Origin: Planctomycetia bacterium | Lineage (GTDB): Bacteria > Planctomycetota > Planctomycetia > Pirellulales > PNKZ01 | Reading direction: 5' to 3' | DNA: 64,000 bases | Assembly: GCA_021413845.1 (NCBI GenBank) | Contig: JAIOPP010000084.1 | Span: 69,890-133,889, forward strand | Shown here: piece after piece, positions 40,209 to 51,100 of the stretch | How the letters are laid out: every line of letters begins with the position of its first letter | How positions within the stretch are numbered: the first letter of the stretch is position 1 | Translations under genes and position numbers: made by a program | Notes under the pieces: generated by a model | Databases searched by the model: none | Seen by the model: only the letters and a program-made list of their open reading frames with translations | Told to the model about the DNA's origin: nothing

Positions 40209-41165
40209 TTAAAACGGCAACGATGTGCCGATGCCCGCAGCCTTGGCGCGCTTCAGCACTTCTGCGGCGAGCGCGACGTCTTCCATCGCCAGCCCGACCG
40301 ACTTGAACACGATGATCTCTTCGGCCGAGGTTCGACCGTCGGCCTTGCCGGCGATGACGTCTCCGAGCGATACGGCCGATTCCCAGCGGAAAACTCCTTC
40401 ACGCAAGGCAGGCTGCAGGTCGCCGGCCTCGTGCATGCACGCCGCTATGTCGTCGCATACGACTCGGCTTGCGCGACGCACGGCTCGCACATCGATTTCG
40501 GCCTTGTTCAGCCAGTTCGATCCTGCGGCGCAGACGAGCGTTCCGGTCGCGAGATCGTCCCCCGCAAAGACCGGTTCACGGCTCGTCGTCGCCGTCACGA
40601 CGATCGGCATCTCCCGCACCGCCTGCGCGGGCGAATCGACCGGAACAACTTCGATCGCAAGTTCCTCACTGAGCCATGTCGCGAAGCTTGCGCGGCGTTC
40701 CGGATCGCGTCCGTAGACAAACGCCTTTTTCAACTTGCGTACCGCGGCTACCGCGGCGAGTTGCGTCCGGGCCTGCGTTCCCGTGCCGAACAATCCGACT
40801 TGATCGGCCCCCTTGGCCGCCAGATGCTTTACGGCCACGCCGGTTACCGCGCCGGTGCGAAGCTGCCCGAGGCTATCGGCTTCGATCAACGCCACGAGTT
40901 CGCCGGTCGCGTGCTCGTAGAGGCCTACGAGAAATCGAGCGCCGGAGTGTGTGGTCGTATACGACTTCCAACCGCAATAGCCTAAGTAGTCGGCCGCGGC
41001 GCTCATTGTGTGCAGCACGACACCGGGGGCCGTGGCCCGATTGCGCGGGATATTGCTGACCTCACCGAGCCCGAGTTTATGGAAAGCTTGTTCGACGACG
41101 TCGATCGTCGTTGGCATGTCGACGAGGCGAGTTACGTCCGCCTCGGTGAGATATAAGGTCGGCAT
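40209..41165 (-). CDS. Ornithine cyclodeaminase / mu-crystallin family protein
   Basis: LYLTEADV..L..M...I..VE.AF N-terminus and GTGTQA Rossmann motif; typical length. Confidence 0.85.
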   Translation of the reverse strand: MPTLYLTEADVTRLVDMPTTIDVVEQAFHKLGLGEVSNIPRNRATAPGVVLHTMSAAADYLGYCGWKSYTTTHSGARFLVGLYEHATGELVALIEADSLGQLRTGAVTGVAVKHLAAKGADQVGLFGTGTQARTQLAAVAAVRKLKKAFVYGRDPERRASFATWLSEELAIEVVPVDSPAQAVREMPIVVTATTSREPVFAGDDLATGTLVCAAGSNWLNKAEIDVRAVRRASRVVCDDIAACMHEAGDLQPALREGVFRWESAVSLGDVIAGKADGRTSAEEIIVFKSVGLAMEDVALAAEVLKRAKAAGIGTSLPF

Positions 41166-41205
41166 GAGTTGAATTCCGTGGAGGTGGCGGAATGAGTCTC
41201 TAGCT

Positions 41206-42738
41206 TTACTTTTGCAGCTCGGCGATCTTCTTGAAGTCTTTCTTGAGCGATCGATAAAGATCTTGATAGATCGGAAATGCCTTGTCGTAGCCTTTCGCCG
41301 CGACTTTATTCGGCGCGGTTTCTTCCTTCACGCGGATCGTCGCTTTGCAGGCCTCTTGAATGGTCTTGAACGCGCCGCAGCCGACCGCCGCGAGAAGCGC
41401 CACGCCGTATCCGGGGCCTTCCTCCGCATTGAGCGTCACGACTTTGCGGCCGAATACGTCGGCCTGAATTTGCCGCCAAAGCGGACTGCGTGAGCCGCCG
41501 CCCGAGGCGCGAATTTGTTTCACCGGCACGCCGAGCTCCGTGAAGATCGCGAGCGCGTCGCGCAGAGAATACGTGACCCCTTCCATGATCGATCGCGCCA
41601 TGTGGCCGCGCGTGTGGGTAAGGTTCAGGCCGATGAAGCTGCCGCGTGCGTCGGGATCGGCGTGCGGTGTCCGTTCGCCCGAGAGATAGGGGAGGAAGAA
41701 GAGTCCTGCCGCGCCGGCGGGAGTCGCGGCGGCTTCTTTCGTGAGCAACTCGTAGGCATCGACCCCTTGCTTCTCGGCTTCGGCTTTGAAATCGCCGCAA
41801 AGCTGGTTGCGAAACCATTGCAGCGAGCCGCCGGCGGAAAGGGTCACTCCCATCATGTGCCACTTACCTCGCACGGCGTGGCAGAACGTGTGGACGCGTC
41901 CTTCCGGATCGATCTTTACTTCGTCGCTATGCACGAACATCACGCCCGACGTGCCGATCGAGGTCGAAAGCGAGCCGGCTTCGACGATCCCGTTACCGAC
42001 CGCACCGGCCGCGCAGTCTCCCGCTCCGCCGACGACCTTGCATGCCGTCGTCAAGCCGAGCAATTCGGCCGCTTCGCGCGTTAGCGTGCCGGTCACTTCT
42101 TCCGATTCGTAGCACCGCGCGAACAGGCTTTCGTCAAGTTCCAGTTTCGAGAGCAACGGCTTCGACCATTTCCGATTCACGACGTCGAGCAAGAGCATGC
42201 CGCTGGCATCGCTCACTTCCGTTGCGAATTCGCCGGTCAGACGGCGCCGGATTTCATCTTTCGGCAGCAGCACTTTGGCGAGCTTGTCGAAGTTCTTCGG
42301 TTCTTTGTTGCGCAGCCAAAGAATTTTCGGCGCAGTGAAGCCGGTCAGCGCCGGATTGGCGACCATCTTGATGAGCTTCTTCCGGCCGCCGGCGCGCTCT
42401 TCGATCTCGGCACATTCTTCGCCGGTTCGTTGATCGTTCCACAGCAGCGCCCGCCGGATGACTTTGTTTTGCTTGTCGAGAAACACGGAGCCGTGCATTT
42501 GGCCGGAGAGGCCGATGCCCGCCACGTCGCTCGGCTTGAGCTTCCCCTTTTCCATCACGCTGCGAACCGTCGTCACGACGGCTTGCCACCAATCTTCCGG
42601 ATCTTGTTCGCTCCAAAGAGGCTTTGGTGCATAGCACGGATATTCGGCCGTTGCATCGCCGAGAATTTTCCCCCGCGCGTCGATCGCCAGGGTCTTAGTG
42701 CCGGAAGTACCGATATCGATGCCGAGGAAGATGGACAT
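41206..42738 (-). CDS. xylB: Xylulokinase (FGGY family)
   Basis: [49 protein letters not shown]. Confidence 0.9.
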   Translation of the reverse strand: MSIFLGIDIGTSGTKTLAIDARGKILGDATAEYPCYAPKPLWSEQDPEDWWQAVVTTVRSVMEKGKLKPSDVAGIGLSGQMHGSVFLDKQNKVIRRALLWNDQRTGEECAEIEERAGGRKKLIKMVANPALTGFTAPKILWLRNKEPKNFDKLAKVLLPKDEIRRRLTGEFATEVSDASGMLLLDVVNRKWSKPLLSKLELDESLFARCYESEEVTGTLTREAAELLGLTTACKVVGGAGDCAAGAVGNGIVEAGSLSTSIGTSGVMFVHSDEVKIDPEGRVHTFCHAVRGKWHMMGVTLSAGGSLQWFRNQLCGDFKAEAEKQGVDAYELLTKEAAATPAGAAGLFFLPYLSGERTPHADPDARGSFIGLNLTHTRGHMARSIMEGVTYSLRDALAIFTELGVPVKQIRASGGGSRSPLWRQIQADVFGRKVVTLNAEEGPGYGVALLAAVGCGAFKTIQEACKATIRVKEETAPNKVAAKGYDKAFPIYQDLYRSLKKDFKKIAELQK

Positions 42739-42750
42739 GGGGCGGGCAGT

Positions 42751-42806
42751 GGTCAGTGGTCAGTGGTCAGGGGTCAGGGGTCAGGGGTCGGTGGTCAGTG
42801 GTCAGT
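42751..42806. repeat. Heptamer microsatellite (GGTCAGT)2(GGTCAGG)3(GGTCGGT)(GGTCAGT)2
   Basis: Eight perfect-phase 7-mers read directly, beginning 13 nt upstream of the xylB start codon on the other strand. Confidence 0.9.
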
Positions 42807-42862
42807 TGGGACGCTGCGATAGCGCGTGATATTCCGAGAAGGGGTCGAACGGCTTCCACTCT

Positions 42863-43228
42863 CTATTCGAGAAAAACAGTCTCTCTATTCGGGCTCGAAA
42901 ACGAGATCACGCAGACGACGTCGTTCGTACCCGTGTTGACGAGATTATGCTTTACGCCGACGGGAATGACAATCGTGTCGCCAGCCGCGAGCGGCGCGGT
43001 TGTGCCATCGTAGCTGTTTTCGCAACTTCCGGAGACGACGAAGAGAATCTCCTCGCAATTCGGATGGTAATGCAACGGGTTTCGCAGGCCCGGGCCGATC
43101 GTCGAGATGCCGAACGTCTGTTCGCAACCGGGAATCGTCCGGCCGGCGACAAGCCATTGCAGCTTGCCCCACTCGAACAACTCAATCGGGGCTTCCTCGC
43201 TGCGAACGATCGTGGTGCTTAAGGGCAT
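42863..43228 (-). CDS. Cupin-domain protein
   Basis: Cupin motifs NPLHYHPNCEEILFVVSG and GDTIVIPVGVKHNLVN. Start trimmed to the ATG at 43226-43228. Confidence 0.8.
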   Translation of the reverse strand: MPLSTTIVRSEEAPIELFEWGKLQWLVAGRTIPGCEQTFGISTIGPGLRNPLHYHPNCEEILFVVSGSCENSYDGTTAPLAAGDTIVIPVGVKHNLVNTGTNDVVCVISFSSPNRETVFLE

Positions 43229-43399
43229 GGCTTCGGTTAGAGGCTTTCGCGAAGAAATACGAAATACACAGTTGCCGGTACACTCGCAGCGACGGCCATT
43301 GCAATCCACGGCGAATATGCTTTGTCGCCGGCGCGCATTGTCATACACTTACCGACTCGCCGAGACAAGTAACCGAGGCTGTGCAGGGAGAGCCGCCGA

Positions 43400-44992
43400 A
43401 TGCCGAACCGCCGCCGTTTCCAACTGATGCGTGTGGTCGCTGTCGTGGCGTGTTCGCTGCTGATCGGGGCCGTGATCGAGCCGATCTTTTTCGGCCACGG
43501 CCGAGTCGACGGTGCGGAACTCGACGCGGCGCACATAGCGCGCGTGCGGGAACGCCTCAAGTCGAACGTCCTGCGCTGGGGGGGCGATGCCGAAGGGGGG
43601 GCGCCGTTCCAGTTTTACGAAGCGGCTAAGCCCGACACTTTGGTCGGCTTCGAGGTCGATTTGGTGGCCGCGCTCGTCGAAGAAATGCGCAAGCAATACG
43701 ATCTGCCTGAACTCCGACCTGAATTTGTCCAATACGAATGGGTAAGCTTGCCGCAAGGCTTAGAGAAAGGGGATTTCGACGCCATCGTGAGCGGCTTCGA
43801 GATCACGACCGACAATCTGAACAAGGTTCGTATGTCGCGGCCCTACTATCTTTTTTGGCAGCAGCTCACGATTCGTAACGACGAAAGCTCGATCTATTCG
43901 CTCGACGATTGCCGCACGAAGACGATCGGCACCCTTGCCTCGAGCGCCGCAAGCGAATATCTCGCGAGCCGGCATTTTACCGGCGTCACCGCTTACGAGG
44001 GGCAGATCGAGCCGTATCAAGATCTGACGAATCATCGGATCGATGCCGTGCTGCTTGATTCGCCGATCGCGATCTACAACACCGGCGGTCGGCCGATGCT
44101 TCGGTTGGTTGGTAAGCCCGAAGGTTGGGGCGGCTACGGAGTCGCGTCGCGTAAAGCCGAGACGGATTTGATCGATGCCGTCGATCACTCGCTCGCGACG
44201 CTGCAGAAGAGCGGCAAGCTCGAAACGATTTATCGTCGCTGGAATATGTGGAACGACGACCAGACACGTCTGGCTGAACTCGACACACCGCTGAAGCTCA
44301 CGCAGTGGACGCAATCGCTGAGGACCGATCGTGTCGAATCGACGCAAGAATGGACCTTCTCCCGTTATGCGCCGCTGCTGCTCGCGGCCGCATGGGTCAC
44401 CATCCGATTGACGTTCCTGAGTATGGCCGTAGCGATGACGCTCGGTCTGCTCGTGGCCGTATGTCGCTTGTTCGGGCCGGCGCCGATTCGGGCCGGAGCG
44501 CTCATCTACGTCGAACTGTTTCGCGGGACGCCGTTGCTGCTGCTGTTGACGTTTCTTTACTATGGATGCCCAAGCATCGGCATCACGCTTTCCGCGTGGC
44601 AGGCCGCGATTATCGGCTTTGGGCTCAACTATGCGGCCTTCGAGGCGGAGATCTATCGCAGCTCGATTTTAAGCGTTCCGCAAGGGCAGTGGGAAGCGGC
44701 CCGAGCGCTAGGGATGAGCGATACGGCAACCTTTCGCCGCATCATCTTCCCGCAAGCGATTCGTACGGCGCTCGGCCCGATGACGAACGACTTCGTTGCG
44801 ATGTTTAAGGATACGAGCTTGGTAAGCGTGATCGCGGTCGTCGAGCTGACGAAACAGTATCAGATCCTCGCGCGAACGAGTTTGAAGTTCGTCGAACTCG
44901 GCTTGCTCACGGCGGCTCTCTATTTGGCGATGTCGGTGCCGCTGGGATATCTCGCGCGATACTTGGAAGAGAAGTGGAGCGGAGGGAAGTGA
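43400..44992 (+). CDS. Amino-acid ABC transporter, fused periplasmic substrate-binding domain plus permease
   Basis: N-terminal TM, type-2 PBP domain (GFEVDLV..., DAIVSGF), and C-terminal HisM/GlnP-type permease with the EAA loop region (EAARALGMS..FRRIIFPQA). Confidence 0.9.
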   Translation: MPNRRRFQLMRVVAVVACSLLIGAVIEPIFFGHGRVDGAELDAAHIARVRERLKSNVLRWGGDAEGGAPFQFYEAAKPDTLVGFEVDLVAALVEEMRKQYDLPELRPEFVQYEWVSLPQGLEKGDFDAIVSGFEITTDNLNKVRMSRPYYLFWQQLTIRNDESSIYSLDDCRTKTIGTLASSAASEYLASRHFTGVTAYEGQIEPYQDLTNHRIDAVLLDSPIAIYNTGGRPMLRLVGKPEGWGGYGVASRKAETDLIDAVDHSLATLQKSGKLETIYRRWNMWNDDQTRLAELDTPLKLTQWTQSLRTDRVESTQEWTFSRYAPLLLAAAWVTIRLTFLSMAVAMTLGLLVAVCRLFGPAPIRAGALIYVELFRGTPLLLLLTFLYYGCPSIGITLSAWQAAIIGFGLNYAAFEAEIYRSSILSVPQGQWEAARALGMSDTATFRRIIFPQAIRTALGPMTNDFVAMFKDTSLVSVIAVVELTKQYQILARTSLKFVELGLLTAALYLAMSVPLGYLARYLEEKWSGGK

Positions 44993-45105
44993 GAGAAGTC
45001 GGAAGTAAAAATGCAAAATGCAAAACGGCGGAGGTGTCGCGGCATTTTGCGTGGGTTTGAACAGGTCTTCGTTTTGCCTTCTTCATTTTAACTTTTGCGT
45101 TTCCT

Positions 45106-45852
45106 ATGGCTCCTGTCGTTTCGCTCACGAATATCGTTAAGCGCTATCACTCGAAGGTGATTCTCGATCGTGTCTCGCTCGATTTTCACGCCGGTCAGAT
45201 CACGGCGTTGGTCGGCCCGAGCGGCGGCGGGAAGTCGACTCTCTTGCGCTCGATCAATGGGCTCAACACGATCGATGAAGGAGAGATTCGAGTCGGCGAG
45301 CATCGGCTTTCGGCCGCACAAGCGAACACGCGCGAGGCGCACAGCGCAGTGCGGCGCATGGTCGGGATGGTATTTCAAGACTTTCAGTTGTTCCCGCATC
45401 TGACGGCGCTGGGCAATGTGGCCGAAGCGCCGCAGCGGGTTGCCGGAAAGTCGAAAAGCGAAGCCGAGGCCCGAGCGCGGGACTTGTTGCAGCGCGTGGG
45501 CCTCGGAGAGCGATGCGATCATTACCCTTCGCAACTGTCGGGCGGGCAGAAGCAGCGCGTGGCGATCGCCCGCGCCTTGGCGATGGAGCCGAAGGTCCTG
45601 CTCTGCGATGAAATCACGAGCGCGCTCGATCCGGAATTGAAACATGAAGTGCTCGACGTGCTTGAGGACCTCCGCCGCGACGGCCTAACGCTCATCATGG
45701 TGACGCACGAAATCGGGTTCGCACGCCGCGCGGCCGATCGCGTGGCGGTCTTGGCGGGGGGCAAAGTCGTCGAAGAGGGGCCGCCGTCGCAAGTGATCGA
45801 CAACCCGACGACGGAACGAACCCAGCAGTTCTTCACGAACGTGCTCGGCTAG
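45106..45852 (+). CDS. Amino-acid ABC transporter ATP-binding protein
   Basis: Walker A GPSGGGKST, signature LSGGQKQRVAIARAL, Walker B LLCDE, H-loop VTHE. Confidence 0.95.
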   Translation: MAPVVSLTNIVKRYHSKVILDRVSLDFHAGQITALVGPSGGGKSTLLRSINGLNTIDEGEIRVGEHRLSAAQANTREAHSAVRRMVGMVFQDFQLFPHLTALGNVAEAPQRVAGKSKSEAEARARDLLQRVGLGERCDHYPSQLSGGQKQRVAIARALAMEPKVLLCDEITSALDPELKHEVLDVLEDLRRDGLTLIMVTHEIGFARRAADRVAVLAGGKVVEEGPPSQVIDNPTTERTQQFFTNVLG

Positions 45853-45876
45853 CTCGCGAGCAGCTTTCGGAGCCCG

Positions 45877-47493
45877 TTATACGGCGCTCGGTTCAATGTC
45901 GAACATCCGGCGAACGAGCGCCTCATCGGGCGGGGGCGTCAGTAGACTCACCGTGATGCCCGCGACCGCGGAAACGGCGATTCCCCACACGACCGGTTCG
46001 AGCCCTAATAGGAAGTATGGGCGGAAAGCCGTCGCCTGGGCGATGCCGGGATCGCTCCAGCCGCCGAGTCCGTAACCGATCCAACCGGTCGCGTAGAGCG
46101 CGAGCAACGTGAGCGCACCGGAGGCCATCGCCGCGATGACCCCTTGTTTGGTCGCGCGCCGCCAGTAGCAAGCCATTACGAGCGGAACGAGGAAGCCGCC
46201 CGTTTGTCCCGAGGTGCAAAACACGACTAGCGATTGTAAGAACCGCGGAGGATAAATGTTCGCCACGAGCGCTACGGCGCCGATGAAGATCATGGCGCCA
46301 TGCGTCATGAAGCGAATCTGCTTTTCGGAGGCGTGTGGATTGAAGACTCGCTGATAAATGTCGTGCACGATTCCCGACGCGATCACGACGAGATAGCAAC
46401 TCACGGTTGCCATCACCGCTCCGAACGGGGCGGCAAGAATCAGGCCGGAGATGAACGAGCCGCCGGTGAATTGCTTGGTCAACATGATCGACATTCGCGG
46501 AATGACTTCATCCGGCTGATCGAGATGGGGAATCAACGATCGAGCGCAAATGCAGACGACGATCAGCGGCAAATAGATGAACAGATTATAAACGGCCAAC
46601 ACGACGATCGAGCGCCGCAAAGTCGCCGTGCTCTTGGCGGCCATCACGCGCACGACGCTTGCCGGCGAAGAGATGCCGCCCCAAATCCAAACGAAGAAAT
46701 AGGAACAGGCCAACCCTAAGGGGAGAAAATCGCGGCCATAGCCCGGGCCCGTTACGAAGCCGACGTCGGTATTTGCGACGGCGTCGTGCGTTGCTTTTTC
46801 CAATCCTCCGGCGGCATTGAGCGAGAGGCAAAGCAGAATGGTCACGCCGATCGCCATCAGCACGCTTTGAAACATGTCGGTCCAAACGCTTGCCAGAAAG
46901 CCGCCGAAGAGCGTATAGCCGACGACGACGATCGTGAAGATCGTGAGGCCGATATAGTATTGCCTGTCGAGGTCGATCGTATCTTCAGCGAGAACCATCA
47001 CGGCGTTCTCGGGCCAAGCGAGCTTCATCACGATCGCGCCGGCTTTGAATTGCGCCATGAGCATAAAGCTCAAGAAGAAGAGCAGCACGATGCTCGACGT
47101 TAGCCCCAGCGCAGGGCTATCGAACCGGCCGCGAAAAAGGTCGGGCACCGTCACGGCGTTGGTCCGTCGCGACAGATGCGAAAGCCGTTTGCCGACCACC
47201 GCGAAACCGGTGAGCGGCACGAGCATGTAGCTGCCGATCCAAAGCGCGACGATGAATCCGAAAGTGTAGATGAGCGACGGAACGCCCATAAAAGTGCCGC
47301 CGCTTTGCACCGTGGCCGTGAGTGCCATCGCCCACACGCCGAGCCCTCGATTGCCGAGGAAGAATCCTTTCAAGAACGAACCGCGGCTGACGGCCCTTTG
47401 CGCGACGACGCCGATCCAGCCGCTGATGCCGATGATCGTGACGAGTGCGAACAACACGCCGTATTGCGAAAGATTTTCGAGCAAGGAGCCCAT
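45877..47493 (-). CDS. Sodium:solute symporter family protein (PanF-like)
   Basis: 13-14 TM SSS topology. It is translationally linked (TAATG at 47491-47495) to an upstream YhdT-like small membrane protein, the pairing typical of panF. Confidence 0.8.
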   Translation of the reverse strand: MGSLLENLSQYGVLFALVTIIGISGWIGVVAQRAVSRGSFLKGFFLGNRGLGVWAMALTATVQSGGTFMGVPSLIYTFGFIVALWIGSYMLVPLTGFAVVGKRLSHLSRRTNAVTVPDLFRGRFDSPALGLTSSIVLLFFLSFMLMAQFKAGAIVMKLAWPENAVMVLAEDTIDLDRQYYIGLTIFTIVVVGYTLFGGFLASVWTDMFQSVLMAIGVTILLCLSLNAAGGLEKATHDAVANTDVGFVTGPGYGRDFLPLGLACSYFFVWIWGGISSPASVVRVMAAKSTATLRRSIVVLAVYNLFIYLPLIVVCICARSLIPHLDQPDEVIPRMSIMLTKQFTGGSFISGLILAAPFGAVMATVSCYLVVIASGIVHDIYQRVFNPHASEKQIRFMTHGAMIFIGAVALVANIYPPRFLQSLVVFCTSGQTGGFLVPLVMACYWRRATKQGVIAAMASGALTLLALYATGWIGYGLGGWSDPGIAQATAFRPYFLLGLEPVVWGIAVSAVAGITVSLLTPPPDEALVRRMFDIEPSAV

Positions 47494-47801
47494 TAGTTAA
47501 GCTCCTCTTCGGCGTCGACATCGAGATCGTCGGCCAGTTTGCCGTCGCGCATGAAGACGAACGCAAATAGCGCCGACACGACGACGCACGTCAGCCACGG
47601 CACGACGATTCCCCAAAAAACCCAATCGGGCCACCCGAAGTAAAACTTCATTCCGGCGAGCGACTTATCCAGCGGGCGATTGTAGCCGTAGCGATAGCAA
47701 TAGCTCACGCTGTAGACGAGTGCCGTACACCAAATGAGCAACGTCCAGATCGCCTCGCGGCGTGAACTGGTCACTACGGGATCTTCGTTCGGGTGCTTCA
47801 T
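47493..47801 (-). CDS. YhdT/DUF997-like small membrane protein
   Basis: Two TM helices (EAIWTLLIWCTALVYSV; WVFWGIVVPWLTCVVVSALFAFVF) directly upstream of the symporter. Confidence 0.65.
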   Translation of the reverse strand: MKHPNEDPVVTSSRREAIWTLLIWCTALVYSVSYCYRYGYNRPLDKSLAGMKFYFGWPDWVFWGIVVPWLTCVVVSALFAFVFMRDGKLADDLDVDAEEELN

Positions 47802-48123
47802 CGTGGCGAGGGCCGGTGGTTCTGGTGCTCAAGGGCAACGCGGCCGTGCCGCTTCGAAGGAAGCGAGCAACGGCGAGCCCCGCCACGATAAACCTGCGGC
47901 TCGGCCGATGCAAGCGCGAGTCGAGAGATAAGTTCGGCACGAGGCATGTTAGGAATAATCGTTCGAGTCTACGCGATAAGATCGTGCTGCATGTCGGGCG
48001 AAGGCAAACTCGGCGAATCGTTTCCGAGGTCGTAGAAACCGACGGTGCTCCGCGGCTATTCTAAAGAGACGACGAGTGTCATCAAAAACGGCGCATATTG
48101 CGTTATCGATCAAAAGGCCCGAT

Positions 48124-51100
48124 ATGTCTGCTCCGCAAGGAACCGTAGCCGATCGACTGACGAAAACGAAGCAAGGCTTGCTCGATCTGACTTTACGCAA
48201 TCGTCTGCTCAATACGCCGCGGAAAGCGAAAGGGCGCAATATCGAGATCGTCGGCGAACGGGCCGAAGATCTGTTCCGACTGCTCGTTACCGAGAAGAAG
48301 AGCTTTGCTTTCGCTTCTCGTCTCGGCGCGAAAGACGACGAGGAGCCGAAGAAGGGAAAGAAATCTTTTCGCGATGCGCCGCAAGTCGATTTCGAATCGA
48401 AGAACGCCGCCGGCGAAGCGTCGACGGCCGCGGAAGCCGAGGCGGCAGCGTCCGACGACGATGCCGAGCTGCGGCTCTACCAACCGGACGAAACGGAAGC
48501 CGAAGCGACGAAGCGCCACACCGACAATCGACTTCAAACGGGTCTCTCGTCCGAAGCGTTGCAGAAGCGCTTGCTCGGTCTGTTCTACGATGCCCGCACG
48601 TACGAAGAGGAGCAGGGAGTCAACATTCTGTATTTGGCGCTGGGCTTCTTGAAATGGTACGAGCCTGAGAAGGCCGATCAAGCACGTTACGCGCCGCTGT
48701 TGTTGATCCCGGTCGAACTGAGTCGCTCGGATGTCGGCTCGAATTTTCGCTTAAGCTGGCGCGAGGAAGAAACGGCTACGAATCTTTCGTTGCAAGCGAA
48801 GCTCTTCGCCGACTTCGGCTTGAAGTTCCCCGAGGTGATCGAGTCCGACGAATTCTCGCCGACGGCCTACTTCGATGAAGTGCGCCGCGCGATCGAGGGG
48901 AAGGCCGGTTGGGAAGTTTTGCCCGACGACATGCTTGTCTGGTTCTTTTCGTTCACGAAGTTTCTGATGTACCGCGACCTCGATCCGGCAACTTGGCCCG
49001 AGGCTGCGTCGATCGAGAAGCATGCGCTGATCTCTTCGTTGCTCGGCAACGGTTTCCGGCCGCAGCCGCCGTTCTGTTCCGAGACCGATCGATTGGATAC
49101 TCTGCTGACGCCGCTCGATCAGACGCACGTCGTCGATGCCGACAGCTCGCAAGCGATGGCGACGGAAGAAACGAGGCGCGGGCAGAACCTTGTCATCCAA
49201 GGCCCTCCCGGCACGGGAAAGTCGCAGACGATCGCGAACATCATCGCGACGGCCGTAAAAGCAGGCAAAAAGGTCTTGTTCGTCGCCGAGAAGATGGCGG
49301 CTTTGAGTGTCGTCAAACGGCGGTTCGATAACATCGGCCTCGGCGACATCTGCTTGGAACTCCATAGCGCCAAGGCCAATAAGCGGCTCGTTCTTCAAGA
49401 GCTCGAACGCACGCTCGCACTCGGAGCCCCTAAGCAAGAGTACACCGAACAACAAGCGACCTCGCTGGCGAAGCTGAAAGATCGGCTGAACGCCCACGTC
49501 GCCGATTTGCATGCGCCGCTCATGCCCGCGGGCCTGTCTCCGTTTAAGATCCTCGGCGACGTTTGTCGGTTGCAAGCCTCCGGTATTCAAACGACCGACT
49601 TCGCACTGGTCGAGCCATTGAAATGGACGCCGGATGCCGTTGCTGAAAAAGTGAATTTGCTCCGCAATACCGCGACGCATATTACCGACATCGGTGTTCC
49701 TGCGCAGCACCCCTGGCGCGGCGTGATGCTCGAGGCTTGGCTGCCGATGAACGCACCGCGATTGCAGCAGCGCTTGCCGCCGCTGGTCGAACGACTCGGC
49801 GCTTTGATCGCTACGAGCGATACGCTAGCCGTTGAACTGCATCAACCGCAGGGCGCGCGCTCGATGTCCGAAACCGCAGGGCTGGTTCGAATGGTCGATG
49901 CGTTGGCGAAAGCGCCGGCGATGGATCGTGCGGCGATTGCCGACGCGGTGTGGGACAAGAATCGTGAGTTGATCACGGCTTTAGTGGAAGCTGGCTTTAC
50001 GCTCGGTGATACCCGCGCGAAGCTCGAGCAAGTGTTAAGGCCCGAGGCGTGGACGCGCGACATGACCGAGGTGCGCGATGTGATCGTCAAGTACGGTCGC
50101 ATTTGGTATCGCTGGTTTTTCGGCGTTTATCGGGCCGCGATCGCGTCGTTTCAAGCCATTCTGATCGGCCCGCTGCCGAAACACTTCGACGACCGCGTCG
50201 CCATTCTCGATGCCTTGGCACGTCGACAAGCGGCGCAAAAAAAACTCGGCACCGAACAGCAAACGGCCGAAGTCGGGCGCTCGGCTTTCGGGAGTTTGTG
50301 GACCGGTGAGAAATCCGATTGGGGAGCGTTGCGAGCCATCGAGCAATGGGAAGCGGAGTGCCGTACGGCAGGAATCTCCGCTCCGCTACGGGCCGCGATG
50401 TCGGGCCTGCAACCCACGCCGAAGGGGCGGGAGGCCGCAAACGTCGTCGCCGCCGATGCGCAGAAGTTGCTCGCCGATGTACGCGATGTCTTTCAGGAGT
50501 TGAAGCTCGATGTGCCCAGCGGCTTCGAGCGCGCAACGCTTGAGGAAGTGCCCCTCACCGCATTGCGAGATCGGCTCAGGGCGTGGCAAGGAGAGTTCGA
50601 GTCGCTGACGAAATGGATCGCTTACCGGCATGGTCGCGCCGCTCTAGAAAAAGAAGGGCTCGGCAACTTACCGAGCATGTTGGAGGGGGGCACGATCGCA
50701 CCGGCGGCGGCAGTCGATCAGTTTACGATGGGTTATTTCGAGAGTCTGATTCGCGCCTCATTCGCGGCTCGGCCAAGCCTTGCGCAGTTCGATGGGAAGT
50801 CGTATGCTCAAGTTCGCGAGCTTTTCCAAGCCGCCGACCGGCAGCGGATCGATCTTACCCGGCTCGAAGTCGCCGCGGCCCATCATCGTTCAATTCCGAC
50901 CGGAACTTCGGAGCTCGGCGAACTTGGAATCGTGCAGCATGAAATCAAGAAGCGCAAGAATCATAAGCCGATACGCCGGTTGATCAAAGAAGCCGGCCGC
51001 GCGATCCAAGCGATCAAGCCGGTGTTCATGATGAGCCCGATGTCGGTCGCGCAATATCTCGATCCGACCAGCACGACTTTCGATCTGCTTGTGTTCGATG

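Noticed and set aside
42751-42806. Possible CRISPR array.
   Set aside because: The units are contiguous 7-mers with no spacers, so this is a microsatellite. No cas genes are in the window.
45013-45050. Inverted repeat GCAAAATGC / GCATTTTGC (9 bp, 20-nt loop) with an AAATGCA tandem, between the ABC permease and ATPase genes.
   Set aside because: It is a short AT-rich intercistronic hairpin with no T-tract. It is most simply an mRNA processing or stability element, and there is not enough signal to call a feature.
47961-47969. GTTCGAGTC T-loop-like string that could indicate a tRNA.
   Set aside because: The flanking bases do not form a T-stem or acceptor stem. No cloverleaf can be drawn.
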